DNA of 62,045 nt from an uncultured Clostridia bacterium (GCA_944386585.1 CALXBT010000083.1:1-62045); one strand, 5' to 3'. Shown: positions 18,308-29,197, counted from the first letter of the stretch. Numbers and translations: made by a program. Notes: generated by a model from the letters alone, not told the origin.

Positions 18308-19090
18308 ATGAAAAACGATATAAAAATGAACGAAGCCTCTCAAAGCTTTAAAATACCTGACAATGAAGTCATCAAAGTGCTTGACCTTGTCAAGACTTAT
18401 GCAAACGGCTCCATCGAAGTGCAGGCACTGAAAGGCATCAATCTGACGATCCGTCAGGGTGAATTCGTTGCCATTATGGGTACTTCCGGCTCCGGTAAAT
18501 CAACACTGATGAATATCCTCGGCTGTCTTGACCGTCCGACTGACGGAGAATACTTTCTTTCCGGCATCAGCATTAAAACTCAGTCAGACGATGAGCTTTC
18601 TTATATCCGCAATCAGCAGATCGGATTTGTTTTTCAGTCTTTTAATCTGATTCCGCGTACCTCTGCACTTAAAAATGTAGAGCTGCCGATGGTATACGGA
18701 AAAACTGCGGCGGAAGAACGGCACAAGCGCGCAATGAATCTTCTTGAAAGCGTCGGGCTTGGCACTCGGTATCAGCACATGCCAAATGAGCTTTCCGGCG
18801 GACAGCGGCAGCGAGTTGCTATCGCACGCGCGCTTGCTAATAATCCTCCCATTATTCTGGCAGATGAACCAACCGGAAATCTTGATTCGCAATCTTCGAT
18901 TGAGATTATGGAAATATTCACAAAGCTCAACCGTGATAAAAACAATACCGTTATTATTGTTACCCACGAACCGGATATTGCAGAATTTACCGATCGAGTT
19001 GTTGTTTTTAAGGATGGTCTGATTGTTGAAGACAAACTCACAGAAAAAGGCAGAGCCTCCGGAAAGGAGGTGTACAAATGCTTCTTATAG
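18308..19090 (+). CDS. ABC transporter ATP-binding protein (MacB/LolD type)
   Basis: Walker A GTSGSGKST, signature LSGGQRQR, Walker B ILADEPTG. RBS AAGGAGG precedes the ATG at 18308. The track extension to 18254 overlaps the upstream gene. Confidence 0.93.
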   Translation: MKNDIKMNEASQSFKIPDNEVIKVLDLVKTYANGSIEVQALKGINLTIRQGEFVAIMGTSGSGKSTLMNILGCLDRPTDGEYFLSGISIKTQSDDELSYIRNQQIGFVFQSFNLIPRTSALKNVELPMVYGKTAAEERHKRAMNLLESVGLGTRYQHMPNELSGGQRQRVAIARALANNPPIILADEPTGNLDSQSSIEIMEIFTKLNRDKNNTVIIVTHEPDIAEFTDRVVVFKDGLIVEDKLTEKGRASGKEVYKCFL

Positions 19091-20289
19091 AAAACATTAA
19101 ATTAGCAATCAACGCTATTAAAATCAATAAAATGCGCTCGTTTCTGACGATGCTTGGTATCATTATCGGTATCAGTTCAGTAATTGCCATTTCCTCTATC
19201 GGTTCCAGTGCTCAGGGTGCAATTGAAGATCAGTTTGAAAGCGTTGGCGCAGGATATATGTATCTTATGCCAAATTGGTACACCGTAGATGAAATCACAG
19301 AAAATATGTATTTCACTTGGGATGAAATAGAAGTTTTAAAGCAGCGTTTTCCGGATGATATCCTGTATGCTGCACCGTATGCCTACGAACAGACGGAAAC
19401 AAGAGTCGGGAGAGTGGACGCGACGCTTTCCGTCATGGGTGTCGGTGCTGATTACAATGAGTTTTCTCCGAATATACAGATTATTTACGGCCGCATGCTC
19501 AATCAAAACGATGTTGACGGCTCCCGTACCAATATTGTTATCCCGGTAGAAGCCGCAAGACGACTTTTTGGCAAGGATAATGCCGTCGGTGAAATTCTTC
19601 CTGCGACTGCGATGGGAAACTCTGTGGACTACACCATTGTCGGAATCTATGAAATACCGCCGTCGCTGTTTTCCTCAATGGATACGAGCACTTCTTACAG
19701 CTGTTATGCACCGTACTCTGCAATCTCAAGAAGCGACTGGCCTTCTTCTTATATTGAAATCTATGCTGACGATACAAAAGATATCTCCCAGCTGGCAAAC
19801 TCCTTTGCCCGTTACATGGAGCGGTACAAGGGATTTGAGGAAGGCACCTATACCTATCAATCGGCAGAAGATCAGCTTACGATGATCAATTCAATGCTTG
19901 GGTATCTGTCTCTTGCTATTGGTGCTATTGCCGCTATTTCCCTTTTAGTCGGCGGAATCGGAATCATGAATATCATGCTTGTTTCAGTAACAGAGCGGAC
20001 GCGCGAAATCGGAATCCGAAAATCACTTGGTGCAAGAACAAAGGATATTCTCACGCAGTTCCTCATTGAAGCCATGATACTTTCCGTCATCGGCGGAATC
20101 ATCGGTACACTGCTTGGTGTCGGCATTGCAGCACTCGGTACGACAGTAGCCGGTGTAAGATTAGCGATAAATCTTCAAAGCATCCTTTTAGCCGTAATCT
20201 TTTCTGCCGCAGTAGGACTTTTCTTCGGACTATTCCCTGCCAGAAAGGCTGCAAGGCTTGATCCAATCGAAGCGCTTCGATACGAATAA
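19078..20289 (+). CDS. ABC transporter permease (MacB/FtsX family)
   Basis: 403 aa. N-terminal TM helix, large extracytoplasmic domain and a C-terminal FtsX pattern (ERTREIGIRKSLGA). Overlaps the ATPase gene stop. Confidence 0.9.
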   Translation: MLLIENIKLAINAIKINKMRSFLTMLGIIIGISSVIAISSIGSSAQGAIEDQFESVGAGYMYLMPNWYTVDEITENMYFTWDEIEVLKQRFPDDILYAAPYAYEQTETRVGRVDATLSVMGVGADYNEFSPNIQIIYGRMLNQNDVDGSRTNIVIPVEAARRLFGKDNAVGEILPATAMGNSVDYTIVGIYEIPPSLFSSMDTSTSYSCYAPYSAISRSDWPSSYIEIYADDTKDISQLANSFARYMERYKGFEEGTYTYQSAEDQLTMINSMLGYLSLAIGAIAAISLLVGGIGIMNIMLVSVTERTREIGIRKSLGARTKDILTQFLIEAMILSVIGGIIGTLLGVGIAALGTTVAGVRLAINLQSILLAVIFSAAVGLFFGLFPARKAARLDPIEALRYE

Positions 20290-20366
20290 AAAATTTTTTC
20301 AGAAAAGCAAAACTTCACAGAGTAAATTCCTCTGCGAAAGGAAAAATAAAGAAGAAAGAAAAAATA

Positions 20367-20406
20367 AGGAGCCCCGGCAGACGCGCTGCCGGCTCCTTCT
20401 CTTTTT
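20367..20406 (+). terminator. Intrinsic terminator of the macAB-like operon
   Basis: AAGGAGCCcCGGCAGacgcgCTGCCGGCTCCTT followed by ctcttttt. Confidence 0.75.
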
Positions 20407-20553
20407 CACAAAATTTCTTTAGTCTTGATTTTCCATAGTTTTCTGTATTTTTACTGCGTCCAGTTATTTTTGGAAATCCCTCTTGACTTCTCACTTCAGC
20501 AAAGCTATAATTGTTAGCGTGCTACATAAATTAAAGGGGGTAATTTTTTTATT

Positions 20554-21018
20554 ATGGACACAAGTCCTCGCTTCGGACAAAAAATCAAACTGCTTAACAA
20601 TGCCTTTGAGCAGATATTAAATCAAAAGGTTGCTGCGCAGGGCCTCACGGGCGCGCAGTCCTATTTTCTGGGATTCATCCGTCTGAATGAACTAAAAGGC
20701 ACTCCAATTCATTCTAAAGAGCTTGCAAAACATTTTAAACTCAGACACTCAACCGTTTCCGGCATTCTACGGCGTTTGGCCGCAAACGGCTTTATTACCT
20801 TTGCTCCGGATGAAAAAGATCACCGGCTGAAGCGAATTATTTTGACAGAGAAGGCCTACTGCGGCCATATCCAGACGGCAAAAGCTTTTGATGAGCTTGA
20901 GAAAAAAATGATGACCGGGTTTTCCAAAGAAGAGGCAGACTTGTTTTATTCTTTTTTGCTGAAAGCAGCCGATAACATCGGTGTTGTGCTTTTGCCGGAA
21001 ATTAAAAAGGGGGAATGA
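20554..21018 (+). CDS. MarR family transcriptional regulator
   Basis: 154 aa with the winged-helix pattern LTGAQSYFLGFI.......I.SKELAK.F.LRHSTVSGILRRL..NGFI. Upstream promoter is TTGACT-17-TATAAT. Confidence 0.88.
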   Translation: MDTSPRFGQKIKLLNNAFEQILNQKVAAQGLTGAQSYFLGFIRLNELKGTPIHSKELAKHFKLRHSTVSGILRRLAANGFITFAPDEKDHRLKRIILTEKAYCGHIQTAKAFDELEKKMMTGFSKEEADLFYSFLLKAADNIGVVLLPEIKKGE

Positions 21019-21024
21019 CAATTC

Positions 21025-22770
21025 ATGATAAAACATCTTTTAAAATCAGTCCGAGAATACAAAAAAGCAGCCATTCTTTCTCCAATTTTTGTTACGGGAG
21101 AAGTAATTTTCGAATGTATTATACCGCTTTTAACTGCCAAACTGATCAATAATCTGAGCAACGGCTGCGGTATGGATACTATCATAAAATACGGCCTTGC
21201 TTTAATTGTGCTGGCAATCTGCTCGCTTCTACTTGGCGTTCTTTCCGGCCACTACAGCGCTATTGCGTCTTCTGGCTTTGCGAAAAATCTGCGCCGCGAT
21301 CTTTTTGAAAAAGTACAGCAGTTTTCTTTTGCTAACATTGATAAAATTTCTACTGCCTCACTCGTTTCGCGTCTAACTACCGATGTTACCAACGTGCAGG
21401 TAGCCTTTATGATGATCATCCGTATTGCAGTACGAAGCCCGCTGATGCTTATTTTTGCGGTAACCGCTTCTATTCTTGTAGGAAAAAAACTTTCCTGGAT
21501 TTTCGTTGGAATTATTCCGTTTTTGATGTTCGGATTATTCCTGATGATGAAAAAAGTAATGCCGCTTTTTAAATCCGTATTTAAAAAGTACGATAATCTT
21601 AACAGCTCCATACAGGAAAATGTCAAAGCTATGCGCGTTGTAAAAAGCTTTGTACGCGAAGATTTTGAAACAGAAAAATTTTCTGCTGCATCAAATGATA
21701 TCCGCAAAGATTTTACCCGTGCTGAATCTATCCTTGCCTTTAGCACGCCGCTGATGCAGCTTTGCGTTTATGCATCCATGATTTTGATTTCCTATTTTGC
21801 TGCAAGACTTATCATTGCAAGCGGCGGTACTTATCTTAATATCGGAAGTCTTACCAGCATGATCACTTATTCCATGCAGGTTTTGATGAGTTTGATGATG
21901 CTTTCCATGATTTTTGTTATGATTACAATGTCAACAGCTTCCGCAAAGCGTATTGTCGAAGTGCTTGACGAAGAAAGCACCATTCATAATCCGGAAAATC
22001 CAATCATGACAGTTGCTGACGGCAGCATTGATTTTGATCATGTAAACTTTAAGTATTCTGAACACGCTGAAAAAATAGCACTGGAAGGAATCGATCTTCA
22101 TATCCAATCCGGTATGACGGTCGGAATCATCGGCGGCACCGGAAGCGGCAAAACAACTTTAATCCAGCTGATTTCCCGCCTTTACGATGCTACTGACGGA
22201 ACAGTAAAAGTCGGCGGCATCGATGTCCGCAGCTATGATCTTAAAGTCCTGAGAAATGCAGTAGCAGTCGTGCTTCAGAAAAATGAGCTTTTTTCCGGTA
22301 CAATTCGCGAAAATTTAAAATGGGGAGACGCCGATGCAACAGATGAAGAACTTGTCCGTATCTGCAAACTCGCACAGGCTGATGAATTTATTCAAAGCTT
22401 TCCGGATAAATACGATACACATATCGAACAGGGAGGTACGAATGTGTCCGGCGGACAAAAGCAGCGTCTTTGTATTGCGCGCGCACTTCTCAAAAAACCG
22501 AAGATTCTTATTCTTGATGATTCTACTTCAGCGGTTGATACAAAAACAGATGCGCTGATACGCAGTTCCTTTAAAACAGAGATTCCGGGTACTACAAAAA
22601 TCATCATTGCACAGCGTATTTCTTCTGTTGAAGACGCCGATTTGATTCTCGTGATGGACGGCGGCACGATTAACGGTATGGGCACGCATGAAGAGCTTCT
22701 TGCAAACAATGAAATTTATCAGGAAGTTTATTATTCACAGAATAAAGCAGGAGGTGATGACAATGAGTAA
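21025..22770 (+). CDS. ABC exporter, fused permease/ATPase (heterodimer partner 1)
   Basis: 581 aa. Six-TM domain, Walker A GGTGSGKTT, signature VSGGQKQR, Walker B LILDDSTSA. Confidence 0.92.
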   Translation: MIKHLLKSVREYKKAAILSPIFVTGEVIFECIIPLLTAKLINNLSNGCGMDTIIKYGLALIVLAICSLLLGVLSGHYSAIASSGFAKNLRRDLFEKVQQFSFANIDKISTASLVSRLTTDVTNVQVAFMMIIRIAVRSPLMLIFAVTASILVGKKLSWIFVGIIPFLMFGLFLMMKKVMPLFKSVFKKYDNLNSSIQENVKAMRVVKSFVREDFETEKFSAASNDIRKDFTRAESILAFSTPLMQLCVYASMILISYFAARLIIASGGTYLNIGSLTSMITYSMQVLMSLMMLSMIFVMITMSTASAKRIVEVLDEESTIHNPENPIMTVADGSIDFDHVNFKYSEHAEKIALEGIDLHIQSGMTVGIIGGTGSGKTTLIQLISRLYDATDGTVKVGGIDVRSYDLKVLRNAVAVVLQKNELFSGTIRENLKWGDADATDEELVRICKLAQADEFIQSFPDKYDTHIEQGGTNVSGGQKQRLCIARALLKKPKILILDDSTSAVDTKTDALIRSSFKTEIPGTTKIIIAQRISSVEDADLILVMDGGTINGMGTHEELLANNEIYQEVYYSQNKAGGDDNE

Positions 22771-24703
22771 TAAAAACAAGAAACCGGCTGCTAAAATCAG
22801 TATGAAATCCATCGGAAGGCTGCTCAAATTTTTATTTAAGGATTATCCAGCAGCACTCTGCATGATCGGCGTTTGCATTGTTGTTACAGCTGTTATCGGT
22901 ATTATGCCCTCCGTCTACATTAAAACGATTACATCCTATATCGTAGAAGGGCTTTCTAGTGGATGGAGCAGCATCGCAGGTGATATTGCTGCTACAATTT
23001 TTCTGATGATTGCACTTTATATCGTCGCCTTGATCAGTTCTACCCTGCAGTCTCAAATTACAGCACGCGTAACACAGGGATTTTTGCACAAAATGCGTAC
23101 CCGCATGTTTTCTGGTATGCAGAAACTTCCTATCCGCTACTTCGACGCGCATACTGACGGTGATATCATGAGTCATTATACCAATGATATTGATACGCTT
23201 CGTCAGCTGATTTCACAAAGTTTGCCGAATTTGTTTTCGGCAGGTATTGTTATCACAGGAATTCTTTTGATTATGCTCTATTACAGCATTCCTCTGATGC
23301 TTGTTGTCTTTGTCGGTATTTTTTTCATGGTTTTAGTAACCAAAAAAATCGGCGGCAATTCTGCAAAGTATTTTATTCGTCAGCAGCAGTCCCTCGGTGT
23401 TGTTGAAGGCTATATTGAAGAAATGATCCACGGACAAAAGGTCGTAAAAGTATTCTGCCATGAAGAAAAAACACAGGAAGCTTTTGATGCGCTGAATGAA
23501 ACGCTCTGCAATGACGCAACGACTGCCAACAAGTACGGAAACATCTTTATGCCAATCATCGGCAATATCGGCAATTTTTTATATGTCATGGTTGCCTTTA
23601 TCGGCGGACTTCTTGTTACCTCCGGCGGTACCGTTCCGAATCTTTCTTTTGAGAATCTCTTTACCTCCGGAACTATGTTCGGCGCTCTTTCACTGCCTGT
23701 TATTGCTTCTTATCTCGGTATGGTAAAACAGTTTACCGGAAATATCAGCCAGATTTCTCAGCAGATCAATTCTGTTGCAATGGCCCTAGCCGGTGCAGAG
23801 CGTATCTTTACACTGATTGACCAAAAACCAGAGGAAGATAACGGAGATGTAACCCTTGTCAATAGTCGGGAAGAAAACGGAAAGCTTCTTGAATGCAATG
23901 AGCGTACTGGTATGTGGGCCTGGAAATATCCAGCATCTAACGGTTATACAGAGCCGGAATTTGTCCGCGTACGCGGCGATGTCCGTTTCTTTGATGTCGA
24001 TTTTGGTTACGAAGAAGGAAAAACTGTACTGCACGATGTTTCGCTTTATGCAGAACCAGGCCAGAAAATCGCCTTCGTCGGTGCAACCGGTGCAGGCAAA
24101 ACGACAATTACCAATCTGATTAACCGTTTTTATGATATCGCTGACGGAAAAATCCGCTATGATGGTATCAATATCAATCGAATCAAAAAATCTGACTTAA
24201 GACGAAGTCTCGGTATCGTTCTTCAGGATGTCAATCTTTTTACTGGTACGGTAATGGAAAATATCCGCTACGGAAAGCTTGATGCGACAGATGAAGAATG
24301 TATCGCGGCGGCAAAATTGGCAAACGCACACAGTTTTATCACGCGGCTGCCAGACGGTTACAATACAATGCTAGACGGCAGCGGTGCAAATCTTTCACAG
24401 GGGCAACGCCAGCTTCTTTCGATTGCAAGAGCGGCTGTCGCCGATCCGCCGGTAATGATCCTTGACGAGGCGACCTCCTCTATCGATACCCGTACAGAAC
24501 TGCTCGTACAGCGTGGTATGGATGCGCTCATGAAAGACCGCACCGTCTTTGTCATCGCACACCGTCTTTCTACCGTCCGCAACAGCGATGCAATCATGGT
24601 TCTTGATCACGGACACATCATCGAACGCGGTACACATGATGATTTAATAAAGCAGAAAGGCACCTACTATCAGCTCTATACCGGCGCTTTTGAACTAGAA
24701 TAA
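22763..24703 (+). CDS. ABC exporter, fused permease/ATPase (heterodimer partner 2)
   Basis: Walker A GATGAGKTT, signature LSQGQRQL, Walker B MILDEATSS. Start set at the ATG at 22763 after AGGAGGTGA (8-nt overlap with the upstream stop), not the track start at 22688. Confidence 0.9.
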   Translation: MSNKNKKPAAKISMKSIGRLLKFLFKDYPAALCMIGVCIVVTAVIGIMPSVYIKTITSYIVEGLSSGWSSIAGDIAATIFLMIALYIVALISSTLQSQITARVTQGFLHKMRTRMFSGMQKLPIRYFDAHTDGDIMSHYTNDIDTLRQLISQSLPNLFSAGIVITGILLIMLYYSIPLMLVVFVGIFFMVLVTKKIGGNSAKYFIRQQQSLGVVEGYIEEMIHGQKVVKVFCHEEKTQEAFDALNETLCNDATTANKYGNIFMPIIGNIGNFLYVMVAFIGGLLVTSGGTVPNLSFENLFTSGTMFGALSLPVIASYLGMVKQFTGNISQISQQINSVAMALAGAERIFTLIDQKPEEDNGDVTLVNSREENGKLLECNERTGMWAWKYPASNGYTEPEFVRVRGDVRFFDVDFGYEEGKTVLHDVSLYAEPGQKIAFVGATGAGKTTITNLINRFYDIADGKIRYDGININRIKKSDLRRSLGIVLQDVNLFTGTVMENIRYGKLDATDEECIAAAKLANAHSFITRLPDGYNTMLDGSGANLSQGQRQLLSIARAAVADPPVMILDEATSSIDTRTELLVQRGMDALMKDRTVFVIAHRLSTVRNSDAIMVLDHGHIIERGTHDDLIKQKGTYYQLYTGAFELE

Positions 24704-24739
24704 TTTCAGACTAAAATTAGATAAAAATAAAGTGAATTA

Positions 24740-24770
24740 AAAAATGCAGCTTTCAAAGCTGCATTTTTTC
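24740..24770. terminator. Bidirectional intrinsic terminator
   Basis: aaaaaaTGCAGCTTtcAAAGCTGCAtttttt. Confidence 0.8.
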
Positions 24771-24831
24771 GCTGTCATAAACTGCCGCTGTTTATCTCGG
24801 CCAATTTATTTTTTAAAGTTCCTGCATATCT

Positions 24832-27693
24832 TTAGTTTTGTCCAAGCTGCTCGCAGTACCGCATAAAAATCATCGCTGCCTGCGCACGCGTTGCATTTCC
24901 CTGCGGTATAAGCATGCTGTCTCCCATTCCAGAAATCAGATTATTTCCGATTGCCCACTGCATTGCTGTTTCCGCGTAGCTGCTCACCTTCTCCTCATCG
25001 GAAAAAGCTGAAAGAACGCCGCTGCCGGAAAGATTATAGTCTTTATAAACCGAATAGCGGTAAAGAATTGCCGCAAGCTGCTCACGCGTGATAGGATCCT
25101 TCGGCCCAAACAAATTCTCTCCGTAGCCGTTTACAATATTATTTACCGACGCCCATGCAACTGCTTTTGCATAATACTGTCCGTCTTCTATGTCAGAAAA
25201 AACTGCTTTTCCTGCTTCCGGTTCTTTTTCCAAGCGATACAAAATAGTAACAATCATGCCTCGGTCCATATTAAGCTCAGGGCCAAATTCCGTTTTAGAG
25301 ATTCCCGACATCATATCATTTTCATAAGTATATTGTATCGCATCAAAGAACCAGTCTTCTGCCGACACATCCAGAAACGGCAATGTTTCGTCTGTTTTCT
25401 TTTCCTCTGTAAAGACTGCTGAAACTGTTACCTTTGACGATGGCATCGCAAAAATATATTGATTGTTTCCGCTGGATTTTATAAGGACTGTCTTGCCAAA
25501 GGCATCTGTAACTGTAAGGGTCGTCAGCTCATAGCCATTATCAGGCAAGGCAGTGATCGTTACAGATGTTCCTTCGCTTGCATTTGAGACGCTTACTGTT
25601 ATCTTTCCGTTCTTTGCAGTTTCTGCATTTACTGCATATTTCTGCACAAAAGAGCCTCCCGCCGAGCTTCCGCCTGACTTTTTGCTCCATTGAGCCGTCA
25701 GCTCTGTATTTCCGGTAACTGTATAAGAAGCATCCGCTTTCTGGCCGCTTCCATCATACCAGCCTTTAAAATTATAGCCGTTTCTTACAGGCTCTGGCAG
25801 CATTACCGTTTTTCCGCTCTTCACTTTTATTGTTTCAAAAGTACAAACACCGCCGTTTGCTTTTAAAGTAACTTTAAAATAATCGTCGTTTTCATCTGCA
25901 ATATCAAAGTTTCCCTCTTTTCCGATACCGATTTGTCCGTCTCCACTGATTGGTGTTTCAACATTTTCATCTGCATTCAGAATGCCGTTTACAAGAAGTC
26001 CTCCTCTGTTTGTAATTCCCGCACCACTAACCGTTGCCGTTGTGCCATTAGGAATTGTAAGCGTTGTATTTTCCGGAATTATAATACCGTCCAATAATGC
26101 TGTATCCCCGTCAATCGTAACATTCTGACCCTCTTTAAGATGTCCTCCTTCATATATTTGTCCTGCTGATGGTGTATCAACAGAAACAACCGCGTTGTAA
26201 TTTCCGTCCAACGGCATTTTTATCGTTTCAATGGTGCCGTCCTGATACTGAAACGAAGTGCTTTGCCCTTCGTAATATTCTACCCATACTTCGCCGACTG
26301 CACCTTTTTCCATTTTCAGTCCGGTATTCTGCGGATCAGACGAACTGTTTGCATTAACAAAGACATCTGCACCATGCGCCGAATGATTTCCTGTAATTTG
26401 TCCGTCCGTCATCACCATTTTGGCCGTGCTTGCAATCCAGACGCCGCCTGCATAATATGACGCTTTATTGCCTGTAATCGTACCGCCGTTCATCGTAAAT
26501 CCACCACTGCTGTTGCCGTAATAGATACCGCCGCCGTATCCGCCTGTCGCTTCATTGTCTTGAATGATACCGCCATTCATTGTCAAGGAAGTTCCGCTCT
26601 TATAGTAAATACCGCCGCCATACTTTGCTATACCGTTTTTAATCACAGTTCCTTCTTCTATTACAAGTCCGGAAGCTTCCACTGAAACACAGCCTGCTGT
26701 TTTCATGCCGTCAATCACGATATCTTCCAGCCTAACCTTTGCCCCGCCTGTGATTTCTAAAAGTCTTTCTATTGATGATATTTCCTGAGGCCGAATTTCG
26801 TTTCCTTTTATCGTGATTTCTTTTCCTTCAATTTTTAAAGTACTTTCAATCTCTACATCTTTCAAAATCCTGATTTCAGAGCCCGTTTCTGCTTTTTCTA
26901 CTGCGCTTTCTATCGTGCGATATACTGTTTTAACAGTGTTTTCTGAAGAAACAACAACTGCTTCTCCCAGTTTCGCAGGATCTGTCGTGTAATAAGTATA
27001 ACCCTTTAAGTCCCCGTCATCTTCACTGCCGCCAAGAAATGTTTCGTAAAGTCCCGTTTCTTCAAAAAACACCGGCGGTTCTTCTAATTCCGACCAAATT
27101 TGCACTTCTTCTGCCAATGTCCCGCTATTTAAATGAAATTTCGCACCTTCTTTATCGACATTGACAGCACCCCATTTGTTTCCGTCTGTTTTCAAGCCCT
27201 TTGCCGTAACTTCTGAACCGTTGACTACCAGTCCCGCATTGCCACAATCCTTAATAGTTACATTTTCTAAAACAACTTTCTTCGATTGATAGACATGTAT
27301 CCCTGACTTCGTCTTTTCATTTCCTACAATCACAACATTCTTAATCGTTGCTCCGTTTTCTGCATTTTCAACGGACAAAATATGGTTTTTATTTTCACCT
27401 ACCCAGTCTTCATTGACCATAATAAAATGATTTTGTCCGTCCAGTGTTACACCCTCTGGGACTGTCAGCACCGCCTGATTTTTTCCAAGAGAAGAATCAT
27501 TTACTTCTATATCGTTTGTTAAAACTACTATCTTTTCCTCTTCACTTTCTGCTTCGGCTGCTTCATTAAGCGCCGTTTGCAGCTCCTCCTGCGTCATGAT
27601 TCCGCTTTCACTTTCGGAATCCGCAAATACCGCTGGAGCAGCTATCAGAATCATGCACAGTATCAGCAATACTGATAAAACTCTCTTTTTCAT
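24832..27693 (-). CDS. Large secreted cell-surface protein: signal peptide, right-handed beta-helix repeats, a Listeria-Bacteroides (Flg_new) repeat, an Ig-like segment and three C-terminal SLH domains
   Basis: Start taken at MKKRVLSVLLILCMILIAAPAVFA (ATG 27693, RBS TAAGGAGGA). Repeated G-rich beta-helix turns (GGGIYY..., GGVWI...). NGYNFKGWYDGSG is the Flg_new motif. The C-terminal SLH repeats are F.DV..DWF..AI.Y, FSDI..GQYY..AV.W and FSD...VSSYA..A..W. Confidence 0.88.
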   Translation of the reverse strand: MKKRVLSVLLILCMILIAAPAVFADSESESGIMTQEELQTALNEAAEAESEEEKIVVLTNDIEVNDSSLGKNQAVLTVPEGVTLDGQNHFIMVNEDWVGENKNHILSVENAENGATIKNVVIVGNEKTKSGIHVYQSKKVVLENVTIKDCGNAGLVVNGSEVTAKGLKTDGNKWGAVNVDKEGAKFHLNSGTLAEEVQIWSELEEPPVFFEETGLYETFLGGSEDDGDLKGYTYYTTDPAKLGEAVVVSSENTVKTVYRTIESAVEKAETGSEIRILKDVEIESTLKIEGKEITIKGNEIRPQEISSIERLLEITGGAKVRLEDIVIDGMKTAGCVSVEASGLVIEEGTVIKNGIAKYGGGIYYKSGTSLTMNGGIIQDNEATGGYGGGIYYGNSSGGFTMNGGTITGNKASYYAGGVWIASTAKMVMTDGQITGNHSAHGADVFVNANSSSDPQNTGLKMEKGAVGEVWVEYYEGQSTSFQYQDGTIETIKMPLDGNYNAVVSVDTPSAGQIYEGGHLKEGQNVTIDGDTALLDGIIIPENTTLTIPNGTTATVSGAGITNRGGLLVNGILNADENVETPISGDGQIGIGKEGNFDIADENDDYFKVTLKANGGVCTFETIKVKSGKTVMLPEPVRNGYNFKGWYDGSGQKADASYTVTGNTELTAQWSKKSGGSSAGGSFVQKYAVNAETAKNGKITVSVSNASEGTSVTITALPDNGYELTTLTVTDAFGKTVLIKSSGNNQYIFAMPSSKVTVSAVFTEEKKTDETLPFLDVSAEDWFFDAIQYTYENDMMSGISKTEFGPELNMDRGMIVTILYRLEKEPEAGKAVFSDIEDGQYYAKAVAWASVNNIVNGYGENLFGPKDPITREQLAAILYRYSVYKDYNLSGSGVLSAFSDEEKVSSYAETAMQWAIGNNLISGMGDSMLIPQGNATRAQAAMIFMRYCEQLGQN

Positions 27694-27755
27694 CCTTTGT
27701 ATCCTCCTTATTTTTGCCGATTTACTGGTCTTTTGCATTCTGATATGTTGCTTCA

Positions 27756-27763
27756 CCCCCCCC
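27756..27763 (-). repeat. G8 homopolymer (C8 on the plus strand) 63-70 nt upstream of the surface-protein start codon
   Basis: cttcaCCCCCCCCagt. An unusual tract for this AT-rich genome. Confidence 0.9.
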
Positions 27764-27770
27764 AGTATGC

Positions 27771-27801
27771 AAAAGTGTACCTTTTTAAAAGGTACACTTT
27801 T
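27771..27801. repeat. Near-perfect 31-bp palindrome, AAAAGTGTACCTTTT t AAAAGGTACACTTTT (repeat copies A and A')
   Basis: Read directly. The two arms are exact reverse complements. It could be a recombinase dimer site, a terminator hairpin, or both. Confidence 0.9.
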
Positions 27802-27823
27802 TCCCCGATATGTAGAAATAAGA

Positions 27824-27852
27824 TTGAATTTTAAGTGGTTTTATGCTATGAT
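27824..27852 (+). promoter_or_regulatory. Near-consensus sigma-70-type promoter TTGAAT-17-TGcTATGAT, facing away from the surface-protein gene
   Basis: -35 at 27824-27829, 17-nt spacer, extended -10 at 27844-27852. No plus-strand gene follows; it reads antisense into the recombinase 3' end. Confidence 0.55.
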
Positions 27853-27884
27853 AAATTGGTATAAAGCAAATCTTTAAAATTTGT

Positions 27885-27896
27885 AAAAGTACACTT

Positions 27897-27898
<2 letters not shown>
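27885..27898. repeat. Third repeat copy A'' (AAAAGTACACTTTT), inverted relative to copy A
   Basis: Same arms AAAAG/CTTTT and the same core orientation as A', with 1 nt deleted. It abuts the recombinase stop codon. Confidence 0.8.
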
Positions 27899-28544
<646 letters not shown>

Positions 28545-28643
28545 TTATTTTTGTACACAGTAAGTATGCACCCATAATAAGTTTTCTATAAAAACAGTCT
28601 AATATTATTACAGTCGTTTTTCTTCTCCAAAAAAATTATCATT

Positions 28644-28675
28644 AAAAAAAGGGAACAAATTCCGTTCCCTTTTTT
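28644..28675. terminator. Bidirectional intrinsic terminator
   Basis: aaaaaaaGGGAACaaattccGTTCCCtttttt. Confidence 0.8.
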
Positions 28676-28708
28676 ACATAATTTTCCTTTTTATGTCATG
28701 CTTTCCTA

Positions 28709-29197
28709 TTACACAACTGCTTCAAACACGCCTAAAACACCGCTCATTCCAAGCGTCATAATAATTCCTGCTAAAATAATACCGACAAGAATTGCCGGCA
28801 CTGCAAGCGCAAGCCGCAGATTTAAAAGAACTGCAATTAATGCACCGGACCAAGCACCGGTACCCGGTATCGGAATACCCACAAAAAGAGCAAGTCCAAT
28901 CGGTCCGTATTTTTTTATGCTTTTCGATTTTTCCGCCAGCTTTCGTTTATAACGCGTAATAAAGCCACCAAAAAATTTTGTGCCTCCAAACCACTCTAAA
29001 AGCTTACGGCCGAAAAGAATCACAAATGGAACCGGCAGAAGATTGCCAATAAAACAAATACTTAACACCTCCGCCCAAGGAAGTCCCAGCGCAAGTCCTA
29101 CTATAACGCCGCCCCGCAGCTCAATCAGCGGTACCATAGATATTACAAAGATGAGAAGCTCAGGACTCAGTCCCAATCCCTCTAAGAACTCTACCAT
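28709..29197 (-). CDS. Small multidrug export protein family (COG2426-like) membrane protein
   Basis: MVEFLEGLGLSPELLIFVISMVPLIELRGGVIVGLALGL... plus GIPIPGTGAWSGALIA. Start moved to 29197 because AAAGGAG lies inside the track's N-terminal extension. Confidence 0.78.
   Translation of the reverse strand: MVEFLEGLGLSPELLIFVISMVPLIELRGGVIVGLALGLPWAEVLSICFIGNLLPVPFVILFGRKLLEWFGGTKFFGGFITRYKRKLAEKSKSIKKYGPIGLALFVGIPIPGTGAWSGALIAVLLNLRLALAVPAILVGIILAGIIMTLGMSGVLGVFEAVV

Noticed and set aside
18254-22762. N-terminal extensions of track ORFs 18254 (MacB ATPase) and 22688 (second ABC exporter), and likewise 27756 (surface protein), 9967, 29215 and 59156
   Set aside because: In each case a strong Shine-Dalgarno sequence lies inside the extension, just upstream of an internal ATG. 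The extension also overlaps the preceding gene or lacks a signal-peptide context. The shorter starts were adopted.
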